Translations under genes and position numbers: made by a program
Source of the DNA: Flectonema sp. DT1601
Taxonomy: Eukaryota
NCBI GenBank assembly: GCA_964019425.1
Contig: OZ025784.1
Span: forward strand, 1,116,001-1,180,000
Reading direction: 5' to 3'
DNA: 64,000 nucleotides
Shown: piece by piece, positions 54,301 to 64,000 of the stretch
How positions within the stretch are numbered: the first letter of the stretch is position 1
How the letters are laid out: the number at the start of each line of letters is the position of its first letter
The notes under the pieces: generated by a model
Databases searched by the model: none
What the model saw: the letters and a program-made list of their open reading frames with translations, nothing else
What the model was told of the DNA's origin: nothing

Positions 54301-56539
54301 CAAACACCCGAGGTATTATTTCCGCATCAATTGATATCGACAGCAGCTCGTTGTCAGGAAACACTCGGAACTGACCCTCGCAGGTACCCATGACTATGGT
54401 CTCCACTCCAGCGTAAGCTTCAGCAGGCTTCGGTACGGGGTTCGTTGGCTCCGGGAACGGATCGATGACTACCTTCGCCGAGGTGTACAGCGCTTGGTTC
54501 GCCGTAGAAATGTTCGCAAAAGTGATTTTTTTATTTACTTTCGTATACATAGAGTCCTCCAAGTTCGCCAAATCGGGAAAACAAAACCCAACATTGGAAT
54601 TCCATATGGGAGGAACCCCATTCACAGGTTCGCATGTCGGCCCGTTCATCACGCACTCGCCCAAACATTTATCGGTAGTTCTTCCTGCGCAGTTCGCGTA
54701 TTGCATTCCAATCCACATTCCGTTCAACATCCCGCGCCCTGGCTGCGTTGTCAACTTCTGATAGTTCTTGCCGGGGTGCTTCCCGGCAGCACATTTTACC
54801 TTCCCAGCCCACGGCTCGGGAATTAACAAGTCATCTACACCCCACAGGATCTGTGCAATATAGTCGTTTTCGTAGTATCCAGAAAGCATCCTACACTTCC
54901 CCACTGCACACCTCATCTCGTCGGTGCAAGTCTTTCTCAGGAGAAGCTCCTCACACACCCTTCCCTGACAAGTAATGTCGACGCTTGTCAGACCTGTTGA
55001 CTGCCCAGAGCACTGTGCCGCCCGAATGTTTACTCGAAAGTCAGACCCGAGCGGATTGAATACATCTTCACGGAGTCCCACAGAAACATTCATTCCTTTG
55101 TTTGTTTCCCATTTCCGGAGTTCAAGGATTTCCATCGCAGGTGCACCAAAGTTGAACGTGAAATCCGGTTGCCAGATATTAGCGATGTTACCGAACATGT
55201 TGCTGCCCTGCATTGTATTGAGATATGGCTCCAGTCTCCAGATGGCCATGTTGTTCAGGAAGTCACTCTCGTCTAGTGGATACACGGCCATGCTTTGCGC
55301 AGCCCAGAATTCCAAAATGTCAGTCAGTTTCGGATGGTAAATCCGTACCGGAAAAGCAGTCCCCGCAAAAGCATGAATCACTCCATCACACTGTACAGAA
55401 ACAATGTGGTCCTCATTCTTCGGATACTTCACGTTCGGGATCGCCACCCAGTTGGTTTTGGGTTCAAATGGGGTCGTTCCATTTACCAATCCATCCCACG
55501 GGTTCATTAATGATTCAGTTAATATATATTGAGTGATGTACTTCATATTCTTATATCCAACTATGTCGTTAACCCATTTATTCTGGGTAGCAGTGTTGCA
55601 ACCGGAGGTGCTCCCAAAATTAAAGTATTCGCTGAATTTCCACGCGCCTCCAAACTGTGATAAGATTCCACGCATTATCCAGGGGTCTGCATCGTAGATC
55701 ATACTTCTGCTAAAAACCATCGGCAGGCACACACTTGCCCCAGTCTGCACCCCACCGGGAAAGAGTGCTCCGAAAGTAGCAATAGCATTTTCAATTAGAC
55801 GGCGAGGATCTCCCGCAGTTTTCTTGCTCTCGTAAAAACCAACCGCCGTGAGGATGCTAATCAAGTTGTCTCTCTTGACAAAATCAGCAACGTCTGTGCA
55901 CCTCTGGTCAGCGCCACACATCGACGAATCCGAGCACGGCGTTAAAATTGAGCATCCCTTGCCTCGGCATCCTACCGAAACACGCGGAAATCCCCTGTAC
56001 ATCTTACACCTCTCAATTCGAACTTGAAGGGTTACTTCTTGAATTCCTCTCACAGCGTACTCAAATGCACAAGACCCGCTCCTGTCCCACGAATCCCAAT
56101 TGCACGTTGACGGCATGTCGAAATGCATGTCATCAGTAAACAAGACTCCATACATCTTCAAACCGTCTCTTGTGAAAGTTTCTGGACTATCAAGGCAGGG
56201 ATCACTTCTTGATTCTACGTCGTTAAACCACTTATTTCCGACTAACAAGAATCTCCCTATATCAAATCGCTCTTGAAAGACATTTTCGTTAAAAGCAGAC
56301 CCGCATTTTTTTTTCACGTAATTTTGAAGACCGTCAACAAATTTCGCAAACATCCTAGGTATGAACGGACCGTCTACGTTCACGTTCAACAACAGGTTAT
56401 CTGGAAACAACCGAATCGTACCATCACAGGTCGTTGTCAAGATGGTGTCTAAAGAAGTCTCTTGCCCACAAGCAGTTTTAGTACTACATAATAACACTAG
56501 TGAAAAGACAATACTGCTAATACATCGGGCGAAATACAT
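51377..56539 (-). CDS. Large Cys-rich type I membrane protein with an internal duplication and a Ser/Gly/Asp-rich stalk
   Basis: Signal peptide; A-B-A'-B' modules (TCDGTIRLFPDN/TCEGQFRVFPDN; SVQCDG..F.GT.F..RIY.PK twice); C-terminal TM MLIVLVTLLTVGVLSVAIGCLFF and short tail. ATG at 56539. Confidence 0.9.
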   Translation of the reverse strand: MYFARCISSIVFSLVLLCSTKTACGQETSLDTILTTTCDGTIRLFPDNLLLNVNVDGPFIPRMFAKFVDGLQNYVKKKCGSAFNENVFQERFDIGRFLLVGNKWFNDVESRSDPCLDSPETFTRDGLKMYGVLFTDDMHFDMPSTCNWDSWDRSGSCAFEYAVRGIQEVTLQVRIERCKMYRGFPRVSVGCRGKGCSILTPCSDSSMCGADQRCTDVADFVKRDNLISILTAVGFYESKKTAGDPRRLIENAIATFGALFPGGVQTGASVCLPMVFSRSMIYDADPWIMRGILSQFGGAWKFSEYFNFGSTSGCNTATQNKWVNDIVGYKNMKYITQYILTESLMNPWDGLVNGTTPFEPKTNWVAIPNVKYPKNEDHIVSVQCDGVIHAFAGTAFPVRIYHPKLTDILEFWAAQSMAVYPLDESDFLNNMAIWRLEPYLNTMQGSNMFGNIANIWQPDFTFNFGAPAMEILELRKWETNKGMNVSVGLREDVFNPLGSDFRVNIRAAQCSGQSTGLTSVDITCQGRVCEELLLRKTCTDEMRCAVGKCRMLSGYYENDYIAQILWGVDDLLIPEPWAGKVKCAAGKHPGKNYQKLTTQPGRGMLNGMWIGMQYANCAGRTTDKCLGECVMNGPTCEPVNGVPPIWNSNVGFCFPDLANLEDSMYTKVNKKITFANISTANQALYTSAKVVIDPFPEPTNPVPKPAEAYAGVETIVMGTCEGQFRVFPDNELLSISIDAEIIPRVFGEYMKAIDRYVTARCEAKGKTPPNLNDPKGRYLKRFHPLSYFVYSGIVDEYDSCLDDSDTFVRDFLKIFKEKKMNQTVLYFPETCNNVTWFEQGSCKMKVPLKFIPDAVLTVDIERCDTNYGYVRFAAGCEGGGCNAMINPCNHDSDCGGNSRCINPIDEIGSNEVFKFMRDTLHYFAPQEKQSNGAQDLFNEFVTKFGPYFKGSPISGVGNRKICFPKEYVTNQRQYYWSPPGIKTYRMTERSNLCGAVVEWEWNSNGRPSSNYAETYRLDPGSFPGAGGKKYSHAKGSLKFARDIYGTDSSMKEIRFGGAVCKTHDDCTWGDVQNLCMSSHDMCKMNGWRCHNNSYSKTDYKCACSVEQTLPSCGTLWENMISYGDSCQLKTARIFYTKIFRYNGMAAPDVPTFLSWNGLLKDGKTHFQREVEWPHFPEVKIPVGETHVMSVQCDGLITFFEGTPFSIRIYLPKKQELLQFIADKYITSMSSWIPQGLDPVSAFNREQALWRPEVYLARLLEGTKEFDWFSSVAGEFDFGKDVLGLGDFTYEKFVKEKESGVGFSYSGMKDLMGNDFKANVRFQQCSAYPNGLVGMDLTCVGEVCKTLQLQRPCVVNSDCTIGSCISTDFYNNDLMAGALWGTSAEGLKCYNDWITKTTCPATTKLGFSGVAETNNSKLYQTGASIYSLAITESCSGRPQCACVSGCTWNGRACLASASVDPVWEQQEIKVCLPDILQYSAWAIGEPNSADICRKKKGMTMGNYVTVYALHYFEIMELGTATVNNVILPNFSCATDSSGSGSSGDSSYSDGGSDSGNGDSSSYSDSGSDSSGDSSYSDGSSYSGNGDSSSYSDSGSDSSGDSSYSDGGSYSGNGDSSSYSDSGSDSSGDSSYSDGSSYSGNGDSSSYSGGGSYSGNQNANDSNNRSNSNTMLIVLVTLLTVGVLSVAIGCLFFAQKGPFKRKHTHVFVDQEMSGSEEDHVDN
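51578..51930 (-). repeat. 84-bp coding minisatellite (~4 copies) encoding a 28-aa S/G/D/Y repeat
   Basis: caccgctgct recurs at 51661, 51745, 51829 and 51913. Confidence 0.9.
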
Positions 56540-57724
56540 TTTGTATTTCAAAGAAAACTGCCGATCTTAAAAATAATATACTTAAAAAAACAACCTTCCC
56601 ACCAATGAATGATAATAGAAATCAAATATTATGAACGGGAGAAAGAAATTGAAAAAGAAAGGGAGAAAAAAAAAAACAAAAAAAAGAGAAAACACTCTTA
56701 AAATTTAAAAAGAACCCCCAAAAAAAAAGAAGAAGAAACCCAATTTCGGCTTTCTAACTGTTTTTTTTTTTTTGGTTTTCCCTTTTGGCAAAACTCCCTC
56801 GCACCCTCGCAAAGCAGATTTCGCGGGAAGGCTTCCCCGAATGTCTTTGTCGAAGCTGCAAGGGAGTGAAAGGACCAACATTTGCCGACGTGCGGCAAGG
56901 GAATCCTTCGTAAAGTAATTATTATGGTTTTTCTATTTATTTCGTTTCTGTTCAGCAACGGCTGCCAAACAACAAACAAACAAACAAACAAAGCAAGAGG
57001 GAGAGGGAGAGGAGAAAACAAAGCAGAGAAAAAACAGAGTGGCCGATGGGCTGTTGGGAAGAAGGGTGGCGAAAGAACACACACACATCCGCCAACAACA
57101 ACACCACCCGCCCCCCACTCTCTCTTTTTTCATTCCGTGCCTTGCTCCCAACCCCCCACCCCAAAAAGAAAAAAGAAAAGCGGGAACCAATCGGTCCCCC
57201 CCTTGTCTTTTTTAGCGCCCTGTGGGGCGTGTGATTTTTTTCAAAAAGAAAAAGAAGGGCAAAGCAAAAGAAAAAAGATTTTTTAAAACAAATAAAAAAA
57301 GCGCAGTAAAATGAAAGCACGTCGCGCCTCTCGTGTAGTTCGGTTCACGCAGCCTTTCTATTTTTCCCCGCGGGAGGAAAAAAGATTCCAGACAGCCGAA
57401 GCTGCCCGCTGCATGATGACGGGGAATAAACAAACACACACAGTAGACAGTAGACACACAAAAGAAAACTTTTCGACGGCGAAGGACGACGACGAGGACG
57501 AGGACGAGGACGACGACGAGAAGGAAAAACGAATTGAAAACTCAGAAATTGAAAAAGCTGTGCGAATGGAAAGCAACAAAGGAGACAACAAAAAAGAAAG
57601 AAAAAAAACAGAGTCCGATTAGACTTTGCTTTCCCCAACTTACTAAATTATTGAAATTCACTCAAACAATATTTAAAAAGAGCGAAGAAACTACAAAACG
57701 CAACCTACTACTAGGTAGGCCACT

Positions 57725-59152
57725 CTACTGCGACACACATGTCTCGAGCGAGTTGAAACCGATCTGGCCGTTACCTTGGCACACACTGCCGGTAGGGCAC
57801 TGTTCGCGCCTGTTGACCGGAGCACAAGATCCGCTCTCACAGAACTGGTAGCAAACATCTCCGACCGAGAGGACCGCCTGGCAGGTGCTCTCCGAGTTGA
57901 ATCCAATCGCGCCGGTTGACTTGCACTCCGAACCTGACGGGCACTGCTCGCGCCTGCTCACAGGGACACAGTTGTTCCCTCCTTCGCAGAAGCGGTAGCA
58001 AACGTCTCCAACCGAAATCTCCTCCGAGCAGGTGTGGCGCGAGTTGAATCCGATGGAACCGTCTCCCTTGCACACCGTTCCCGTTGGGCACTGGTCACGC
58101 TTGTTCACTGGTGCGCAGTCTCCGGCTTCACAGAACTGGTAGCAGACATCTCCGACAGCCAAGACTTCCTGCTGACAAGTGTGGTGCGAGTTGAATCCGA
58201 TGGAACCGTCTCCCTTGCACACCGTTCCCGTTGGGCACTGGTCACGCTTGTTCACTGGTGCGCAGTTTCCGGCTTCACAGAACTGGTAGCAGACATCTCC
58301 GACAGCCAAGACTTCCTGCTGACAAGTGTGGTGCGAGTTGAATCCGATGGAACCGTCTCCCTTGCACACCGTTCCCGTTGGGCACTGGTCACGCTTGTTC
58401 ACTGGTGCGCAGTCTCCGGCTTCACAGAACTGGTAGCAGACATCTCCGACTGAAAGTTCCTCCTCGTCCTCCTCCTCCTTCTTTGGTGCTACGCAGGTGT
58501 GGCGCGAGTTGAATCCGATGGAACCGTCTCCCTTGCACTCCGTTCCCGTTGGGCACTGGTCGCGCTTGTTCACCGGTGCGCAGTCTCCGGCCTCGCAGAA
58601 CTGGTAGCAGACATCTCCGACCGAAAGAAGGGTTCCCTCACACGTCCAATCCAACTCGAACCCGGTCCTCTTCACACTGTAGTCGGAAGTGAAGTGCACG
58701 AAGATTCCATCCTCACCCTCTACCACGGTGTTCGAAGGAACCTTGTTTCCCGAGTGCCACGACAACAGAGGTGACGCGACAGAGATCACCCCGCCGCTGA
58801 CCGCGTGCGCGCTCACGAAGTCGTATCCGCTCTCCGTCTCGAAAGCCTTCCACTGCAACTCCGCACGCTTTCCCGGACACTTGAAGTAGAAGCACGCCTT
58901 CTCGTGGTTGCTGTACTTTCCGCTCCCCACCGGGTAGTCCAACGTTCCCGATGACGCCTCGAACACCTGCGCCGACCTGCACCCCGCCGGAAACGCGAAC
59001 TTCTTCGCAACACAGGTTGCCGCTCCCTTCTCAACCACGCACACGCTCTTGTCAGCTGGGCAGTCAATGAGGTTGCAAGGGTTTTCCTGCGACAGCGCAC
59101 CCGCCACCAGCATCCCTCCTACCATCAATTTCTTCATGGACATGGACATCAT
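57725..59152 (-). CDS. Secreted protein with one CUB domain and six 6-Cys repeats (array copy 1)
   Basis: Signal MKKLMVGGMLVAGALS; CUB (FETESGYDFV...FTSDYSV..TGFELDW.C); six VGDVCY.FCE.G.C.PV..R.QCP.G..C...G.IGFNS..TC repeats. ATG at 59152. Confidence 0.9.
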   Translation of the reverse strand: MMSMSMKKLMVGGMLVAGALSQENPCNLIDCPADKSVCVVEKGAATCVAKKFAFPAGCRSAQVFEASSGTLDYPVGSGKYSNHEKACFYFKCPGKRAELQWKAFETESGYDFVSAHAVSGGVISVASPLLSWHSGNKVPSNTVVEGEDGIFVHFTSDYSVKRTGFELDWTCEGTLLSVGDVCYQFCEAGDCAPVNKRDQCPTGTECKGDGSIGFNSRHTCVAPKKEEEDEEELSVGDVCYQFCEAGDCAPVNKRDQCPTGTVCKGDGSIGFNSHHTCQQEVLAVGDVCYQFCEAGNCAPVNKRDQCPTGTVCKGDGSIGFNSHHTCQQEVLAVGDVCYQFCEAGDCAPVNKRDQCPTGTVCKGDGSIGFNSRHTCSEEISVGDVCYRFCEGGNNCVPVSRREQCPSGSECKSTGAIGFNSESTCQAVLSVGDVCYQFCESGSCAPVNRREQCPTGSVCQGNGQIGFNSLETCVSQ

Positions 59153-59191
59153 TTCTTGTTTTTTTTTTTTTTCCTTTTTTTTTCTAATAAT

Positions 59192-59219
59192 CTGGAGGGA
59201 GAGCAAAAGAGAAGATTAG
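59192..59219 (-). promoter_or_regulatory. Putative trans-splice acceptor (branch-point-like ctaat + polypyrimidine tract + AG); repeated at 62143-62170
   Basis: Minus strand ctaat-cttctcttttgctctccctc-cAG, ~40 nt upstream of the ATG, with no upstream exon evident. Confidence 0.6.
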
Positions 59220-60675
59220 TCTACCGTTTCCACTATGTCAACGTCCGCTCACTCTTCAAAAACAACCTCATTCGAGTTCGCACACAACGCAATTCGAACC
59301 AACAAGTTGCAAAAAGAATGAAAAAAACAAAAAGAAAGAAAAAAACAAAAAGAATGAAACAAAGAAAAAAAGAGGAAGGGAATCGACCGATCGCTTTCTA
59401 GCCAGCAGAGAAAATGAGCTGGGCAAAAAAAGGGAGGAAACCGAAGGGCGCCTTCTTTTTTTTTTTTTTTTTTTTGTTGTTGTTTTTTTTATTCGGTAAA
59501 AAAAAGGTGTGTGCCCGCGCTTCCGGAAAACCGAACAACAACAACCTTCCCACCAATGAATGATAATAGAAATCAAATATTATGAACGGGAGAAAGAAAT
59601 TGAAAAAGAAAGGGAGAAAAAAAAAAACAAAAAAAAGAGAAAACACTCTTAAAATTTAAAAAGAACCCCCAAAAAAAAAGAAGAAGAAACCCAATTTCGG
59701 CTTTCTAACTGTTTTTTTTTTTTTGGTTTTCCCTTTTGGCAAAACTCCCTCGCACCCTCGCAAAGCAGATTTCGCGGGAAGGCTTCCCCGAATGTCTTTG
59801 TCGAAGCTGCAAGGGAGTGAAAGGACCAACATTTGCCGACGTGCGGCAAGGGAATCCTTCGTAAAGTAATTATTATGGTTTTTCTATTTATTTCGTTTCT
59901 GTTCAGCAACGGCTGCCAAACAACAAACAAACAAACAAACAAAGCAAGAGGGAGAGGGAGAGGAGAAAACAAAGCAGAGAAAAAACAGAGTGGCCGATGG
60001 GCTGTTGGGAAGAAGGGTGGCGAAAGAACACACACACATCCGCCAACAACAACACCACCCGCCCCCCACTCTCTCTTTTTTCATTCCGTGCCTTGCTCCC
60101 AACCCCCCACCCCAAAAAGAAAAAAGAAAAGCGGGAACCAATCGGTCCCCCCCTTGTCTTTTTTAGCGCCCTGTGGGGCGTGTGATTTTTTTCAAAAAGA
60201 AAAAGAAGGGCAAAGCAAAAGAAAAAAGATTTTTTAAAACAAATAAAAAAAGCGCAGTAAAATGAAAGCACGTCGCGCCTCTCGTGTAGTTCGGTTCACG
60301 CAGCCTTTCTATTTTTCCCCGCGGGAGGAAAAAAGATTCCAGACAGCCGAAGCTGCCCGCTGCATGATGACGGGGAATAAACAAACACACACAGTAGACA
60401 GTAGACACACAAAAGAAAACTTTTCGACGGCGAAGGACGACGACGAGGACGAGGACGAGGACGACGACGAGAAGGAAAAACGAATTGAAAACTCAGAAAT
60501 TGAAAAAGCTGTGCGAATGGAAAGCAACAAAGGAGACAACAAAAAAGAAAGAAAAAAAACAGAGTCCGATTAGACTTTGCTTTCCCCAACTTACTAAATT
60601 ATTGAAATTCACTCAAACAATATTTAAAAAGAGCGAAGAAACTACAAAACGCAACCTACTACTAGGTAGGCCACT

Positions 60676-62103
60676 CTACTGCGACACACATGTCTCGAGC
60701 GAGTTGAAACCGATCTGGCCGTTACCTTGGCACACACTGCCGGTAGGGCACTGTTCGCGCCTGTTGACCGGAGCACAAGATCCGCTCTCACAGAACTGGT
60801 AGCAAACATCTCCGACCGAGAGGACCGCCTGGCAGGTGCTCTCCGAGTTGAATCCAATCGCGCCGGTTGACTTGCACTCCGAACCTGACGGGCACTGCTC
60901 GCGCCTGCTCACAGGGACACAGTTGTTCCCTCCTTCGCAGAAGCGGTAGCAAACGTCTCCAACCGAAATCTCCTCCGAGCAGGTGTGGCGCGAGTTGAAT
61001 CCGATGGAACCGTCTCCCTTGCACACCGTTCCCGTTGGGCACTGGTCACGCTTGTTCACTGGTGCGCAGTCTCCGGCTTCACAGAACTGGTAGCAGACAT
61101 CTCCGACAGCCAAGACTTCCTGCTGACAAGTGTGGTGCGAGTTGAATCCGATGGAACCGTCTCCCTTGCACACCGTTCCCGTTGGGCACTGGTCACGCTT
61201 GTTCACTGGTGCGCAGTTTCCGGCTTCACAGAACTGGTAGCAGACATCTCCGACAGCCAAGACTTCCTGCTGACAAGTGTGGTGCGAGTTGAATCCGATG
61301 GAACCGTCTCCCTTGCACACCGTTCCCGTTGGGCACTGGTCACGCTTGTTCACTGGTGCGCAGTCTCCGGCTTCACAGAACTGGTAGCAGACATCTCCGA
61401 CTGAAAGTTCCTCCTCGTCCTCCTCCTCCTTCTTTGGTGCTACGCAGGTGTGGCGCGAGTTGAATCCGATGGAACCGTCTCCCTTGCACTCCGTTCCCGT
61501 TGGGCACTGGTCGCGCTTGTTCACCGGTGCGCAGTCTCCGGCCTCGCAGAACTGGTAGCAGACATCTCCGACCGAAAGAAGGGTTCCCTCACACGTCCAA
61601 TCCAACTCGAACCCGGTCCTCTTCACACTGTAGTCGGAAGTGAAGTGCACGAAGATTCCATCCTCACCCTCTACCACGGTGTTCGAAGGAACCTTGTTTC
61701 CCGAGTGCCACGACAACAGAGGTGACGCGACAGAGATCACCCCGCCGCTGACCGCGTGCGCGCTCACGAAGTCGTATCCGCTCTCCGTCTCGAAAGCCTT
61801 CCACTGCAACTCCGCACGCTTTCCCGGACACTTGAAGTAGAAGCACGCCTTCTCGTGGTTGCTGTACTTTCCGCTCCCCACCGGGTAGTCCAACGTTCCC
61901 GATGACGCCTCGAACACCTGCGCCGACCTGCACCCCGCCGGAAACGCGAACTTCTTCGCAACACAGGTTGCCGCTCCCTTCTCAACCACGCACACGCTCT
62001 TGTCAGCTGGGCAGTCAATGAGGTTGCAAGGGTTTTCCTGCGACAGCGCACCCGCCACCAGCATCCCTCCTACCATCAATTTCTTCATGGACATGGACAT
62101 CAT
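60676..62103 (-). CDS. Secreted CUB + 6-Cys repeat protein (array copy 2)
   Basis: Translation identical to copy 1. Confidence 0.9.
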   Translation of the reverse strand: MMSMSMKKLMVGGMLVAGALSQENPCNLIDCPADKSVCVVEKGAATCVAKKFAFPAGCRSAQVFEASSGTLDYPVGSGKYSNHEKACFYFKCPGKRAELQWKAFETESGYDFVSAHAVSGGVISVASPLLSWHSGNKVPSNTVVEGEDGIFVHFTSDYSVKRTGFELDWTCEGTLLSVGDVCYQFCEAGDCAPVNKRDQCPTGTECKGDGSIGFNSRHTCVAPKKEEEDEEELSVGDVCYQFCEAGDCAPVNKRDQCPTGTVCKGDGSIGFNSHHTCQQEVLAVGDVCYQFCEAGNCAPVNKRDQCPTGTVCKGDGSIGFNSHHTCQQEVLAVGDVCYQFCEAGDCAPVNKRDQCPTGTVCKGDGSIGFNSRHTCSEEISVGDVCYRFCEGGNNCVPVSRREQCPSGSECKSTGAIGFNSESTCQAVLSVGDVCYQFCESGSCAPVNRREQCPTGSVCQGNGQIGFNSLETCVSQ

Positions 62104-63626
62104 TTCTTGTTTTTTTTTTTTTTCCTTTTTTTTTCTAATAATCTGGAGGGAGAGCAAAAGAGAAGATTAGTCTACCGTTTCCACTATGTCAACGTCCGCT
62201 CACTCTTCAAAAACAACCTCATTCGAGTTCGCACACAACGCAATTCGAACCAACAAGTTGCAAAAAGAATGAAAAAAACAAAAAGAAAGAAAAAAACAAA
62301 AAGAATGAAACAAAGAAAAAAAGAGGAAGGGAATCGACCGATCGCTTTCTAGCCAGCAGAGAAAATGAGCTGGGCAAAAAAAGGGAGGAAACCGAAGGGC
62401 GCCTTCTTTTTTTTTTTTTTTTTTTTGTTGTTGTTTTTTTTATTCGGTAAAAAAAAGGTGTGTGCCCGCGCTTCCGGAAAACCGAACAACAACAACCTTC
62501 CCACCAATGAATGATAATAGAAATCAAATATTATGAACGGGAGAAAGAAATTGAAAAAGAAAGGGAGAAAAAAAAAAACAAAAAAAAGAGAAAACACTCT
62601 TAAAATTTAAAAAGAACCCCCAAAAAAAAAGAAGAAGAAACCCAATTTCGGCTTTCTAACTGTTTTTTTTTTTTTGGTTTTCCCTTTTGGCAAAACTCCC
62701 TCGCACCCTCGCAAAGCAGATTTCGCGGGAAGGCTTCCCCGAATGTCTTTGTCGAAGCTGCAAGGGAGTGAAAGGACCAACATTTGCCGACGTGCGGCAA
62801 GGGAATCCTTCGTAAAGTAATTATTATGGTTTTTCTATTTATTTCGTTTCTGTTCAGCAACGGCTGCCAAACAACAAACAAACAAACAAACAAAGCAAGA
62901 GGGAGAGGGAGAGGAGAAAACAAAGCAGAGAAAAAACAGAGTGGCCGATGGGCTGTTGGGAAGAAGGGTGGCGAAAGAACACACACACATCCGCCAACAA
63001 CAACACCACCCGCCCCCCACTCTCTCTTTTTTCATTCCGTGCCTTGCTCCCAACCCCCCACCCCAAAAAGAAAAAAGAAAAGCGGGAACCAATCGGTCCC
63101 CCCCTTGTCTTTTTTAGCGCCCTGTGGGGCGTGTGATTTTTTTCAAAAAGAAAAAGAAGGGCAAAGCAAAAGAAAAAAGATTTTTTAAAACAAATAAAAA
63201 AAGCGCAGTAAAATGAAAGCACGTCGCGCCTCTCGTGTAGTTCGGTTCACGCAGCCTTTCTATTTTTCCCCGCGGGAGGAAAAAAGATTCCAGACAGCCG
63301 AAGCTGCCCGCTGCATGATGACGGGGAATAAACAAACACACACAGTAGACAGTAGACACACAAAAGAAAACTTTTCGACGGCGAAGGACGACGACGAGGA
63401 CGAGGACGAGGACGACGACGAGAAGGAAAAACGAATTGAAAACTCAGAAATTGAAAAAGCTGTGCGAATGGAAAGCAACAAAGGAGACAACAAAAAAGAA
63501 AGAAAAAAAACAGAGTCCGATTAGACTTTGCTTTCCCCAACTTACTAAATTATTGAAATTCACTCAAACAATATTTAAAAAGAGCGAAGAAACTACAAAA
63601 CGCAACCTACTACTAGGTAGGCCACT

Positions 63627-64000
63627 CTACTGCGACACACATGTCTCGAGCGAGTTGAAACCGATCTGGCCGTTACCTTGGCACACACTGCCGGTAGGGC
63701 ACTGTTCGCGCCTGTTGACCGGAGCACAAGATCCGCTCTCACAGAACTGGTAGCAAACATCTCCGACCGAGAGGACCGCCTGGCAGGTGCTCTCCGAGTT
63801 GAATCCAATCGCGCCGGTTGACTTGCACTCCGAACCTGACGGGCACTGCTCGCGCCTGCTCACAGGGACACAGTTGTTCCCTCCTTCGCAGAAGCGGTAG
63901 CAAACGTCTCCAACCGAAATCTCCTCCGAGCAGGTGTGGCGCGAGTTGAATCCGATGGAACCGTCTCCCTTGCACACCGTTCCCGTTGGGCACTGGTCAC
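63627..64000 (-). CDS. Secreted CUB + 6-Cys repeat protein (array copy 3, 3' part only; cut by the window edge)
   Basis: C-terminal repeats identical to copies 1 and 2. Confidence 0.85.
   Translation of the reverse strand, partial: DQCPTGTVCKGDGSIGFNSRHTCSEEISVGDVCYRFCEGGNNCVPVSRREQCPSGSECKSTGAIGFNSESTCQAVLSVGDVCYQFCESGSCAPVNRREQCPTGSVCQGNGQIGFNSLETCVSQ

Larger units (their letters stand above)
56589..64000. repeat. Tandem gene array with a 2951-bp unit (at least 2.5 copies, running off the window)
   Basis: Units begin aacaaccttcccacc at 56589, 59540 and 62491; the ORF track repeats with an exact 2951 offset and identical translations. Confidence 0.97.

Noticed and set aside
56698..57700. 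Repeated ORFs in the array spacer
   Set aside because: Low-complexity UTR/intergenic sequence; recurrence reflects the tandem duplication, not coding constraint.
57725..58630. Regular repeats as a CRISPR array
   Set aside because: In-frame coding repeats without unique spacers, in a eukaryotic context with no cas genes.

Overview
AT-rich eukaryotic (protist) genomic DNA. All credible genes are intronless, lie on the minus strand, and mostly have a pyrimidine tract plus AG just upstream of the ATG. This suggests a polycistronic, trans-spliced gene cluster; a euglenozoan, possibly diplonemid-like, origin is inferred but not proven. Genes: a 2137-aa secreted repeat protein, a secreted 3xCUB-dikinase fusion, a GAF-phosphodiesterase, a C1-LRR-Cys-repeat protein, a CCCH-RRM-YTH-like protein, two paralogous ~80-aa microproteins in a 16-kb gene-poor stretch, an FAD/NAD(P)-binding oxidoreductase, a Tudor-like protein, an SGNH-type membrane protein, a sulfotransferase, a 1720-aa type I membrane protein, and a 2951-bp tandem array of a CUB + Cys-rich-repeat gene. 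The most striking feature is a retroelement system. A 5'-truncated Penelope-like RT has a Josephin-like cysteine protease domain at its C-terminus and a hammerhead ribozyme in its 3' UTR whose strands are in a non-circularly permuted order (not type I, II or III). A second hammerhead with unrelated stem sequences but the same topology sits in a ~180-bp direct-repeat-flanked unit near 1.1 kb. All protein calls come from motifs recognised by eye and all RNA folds were paired by hand; no searches were run.
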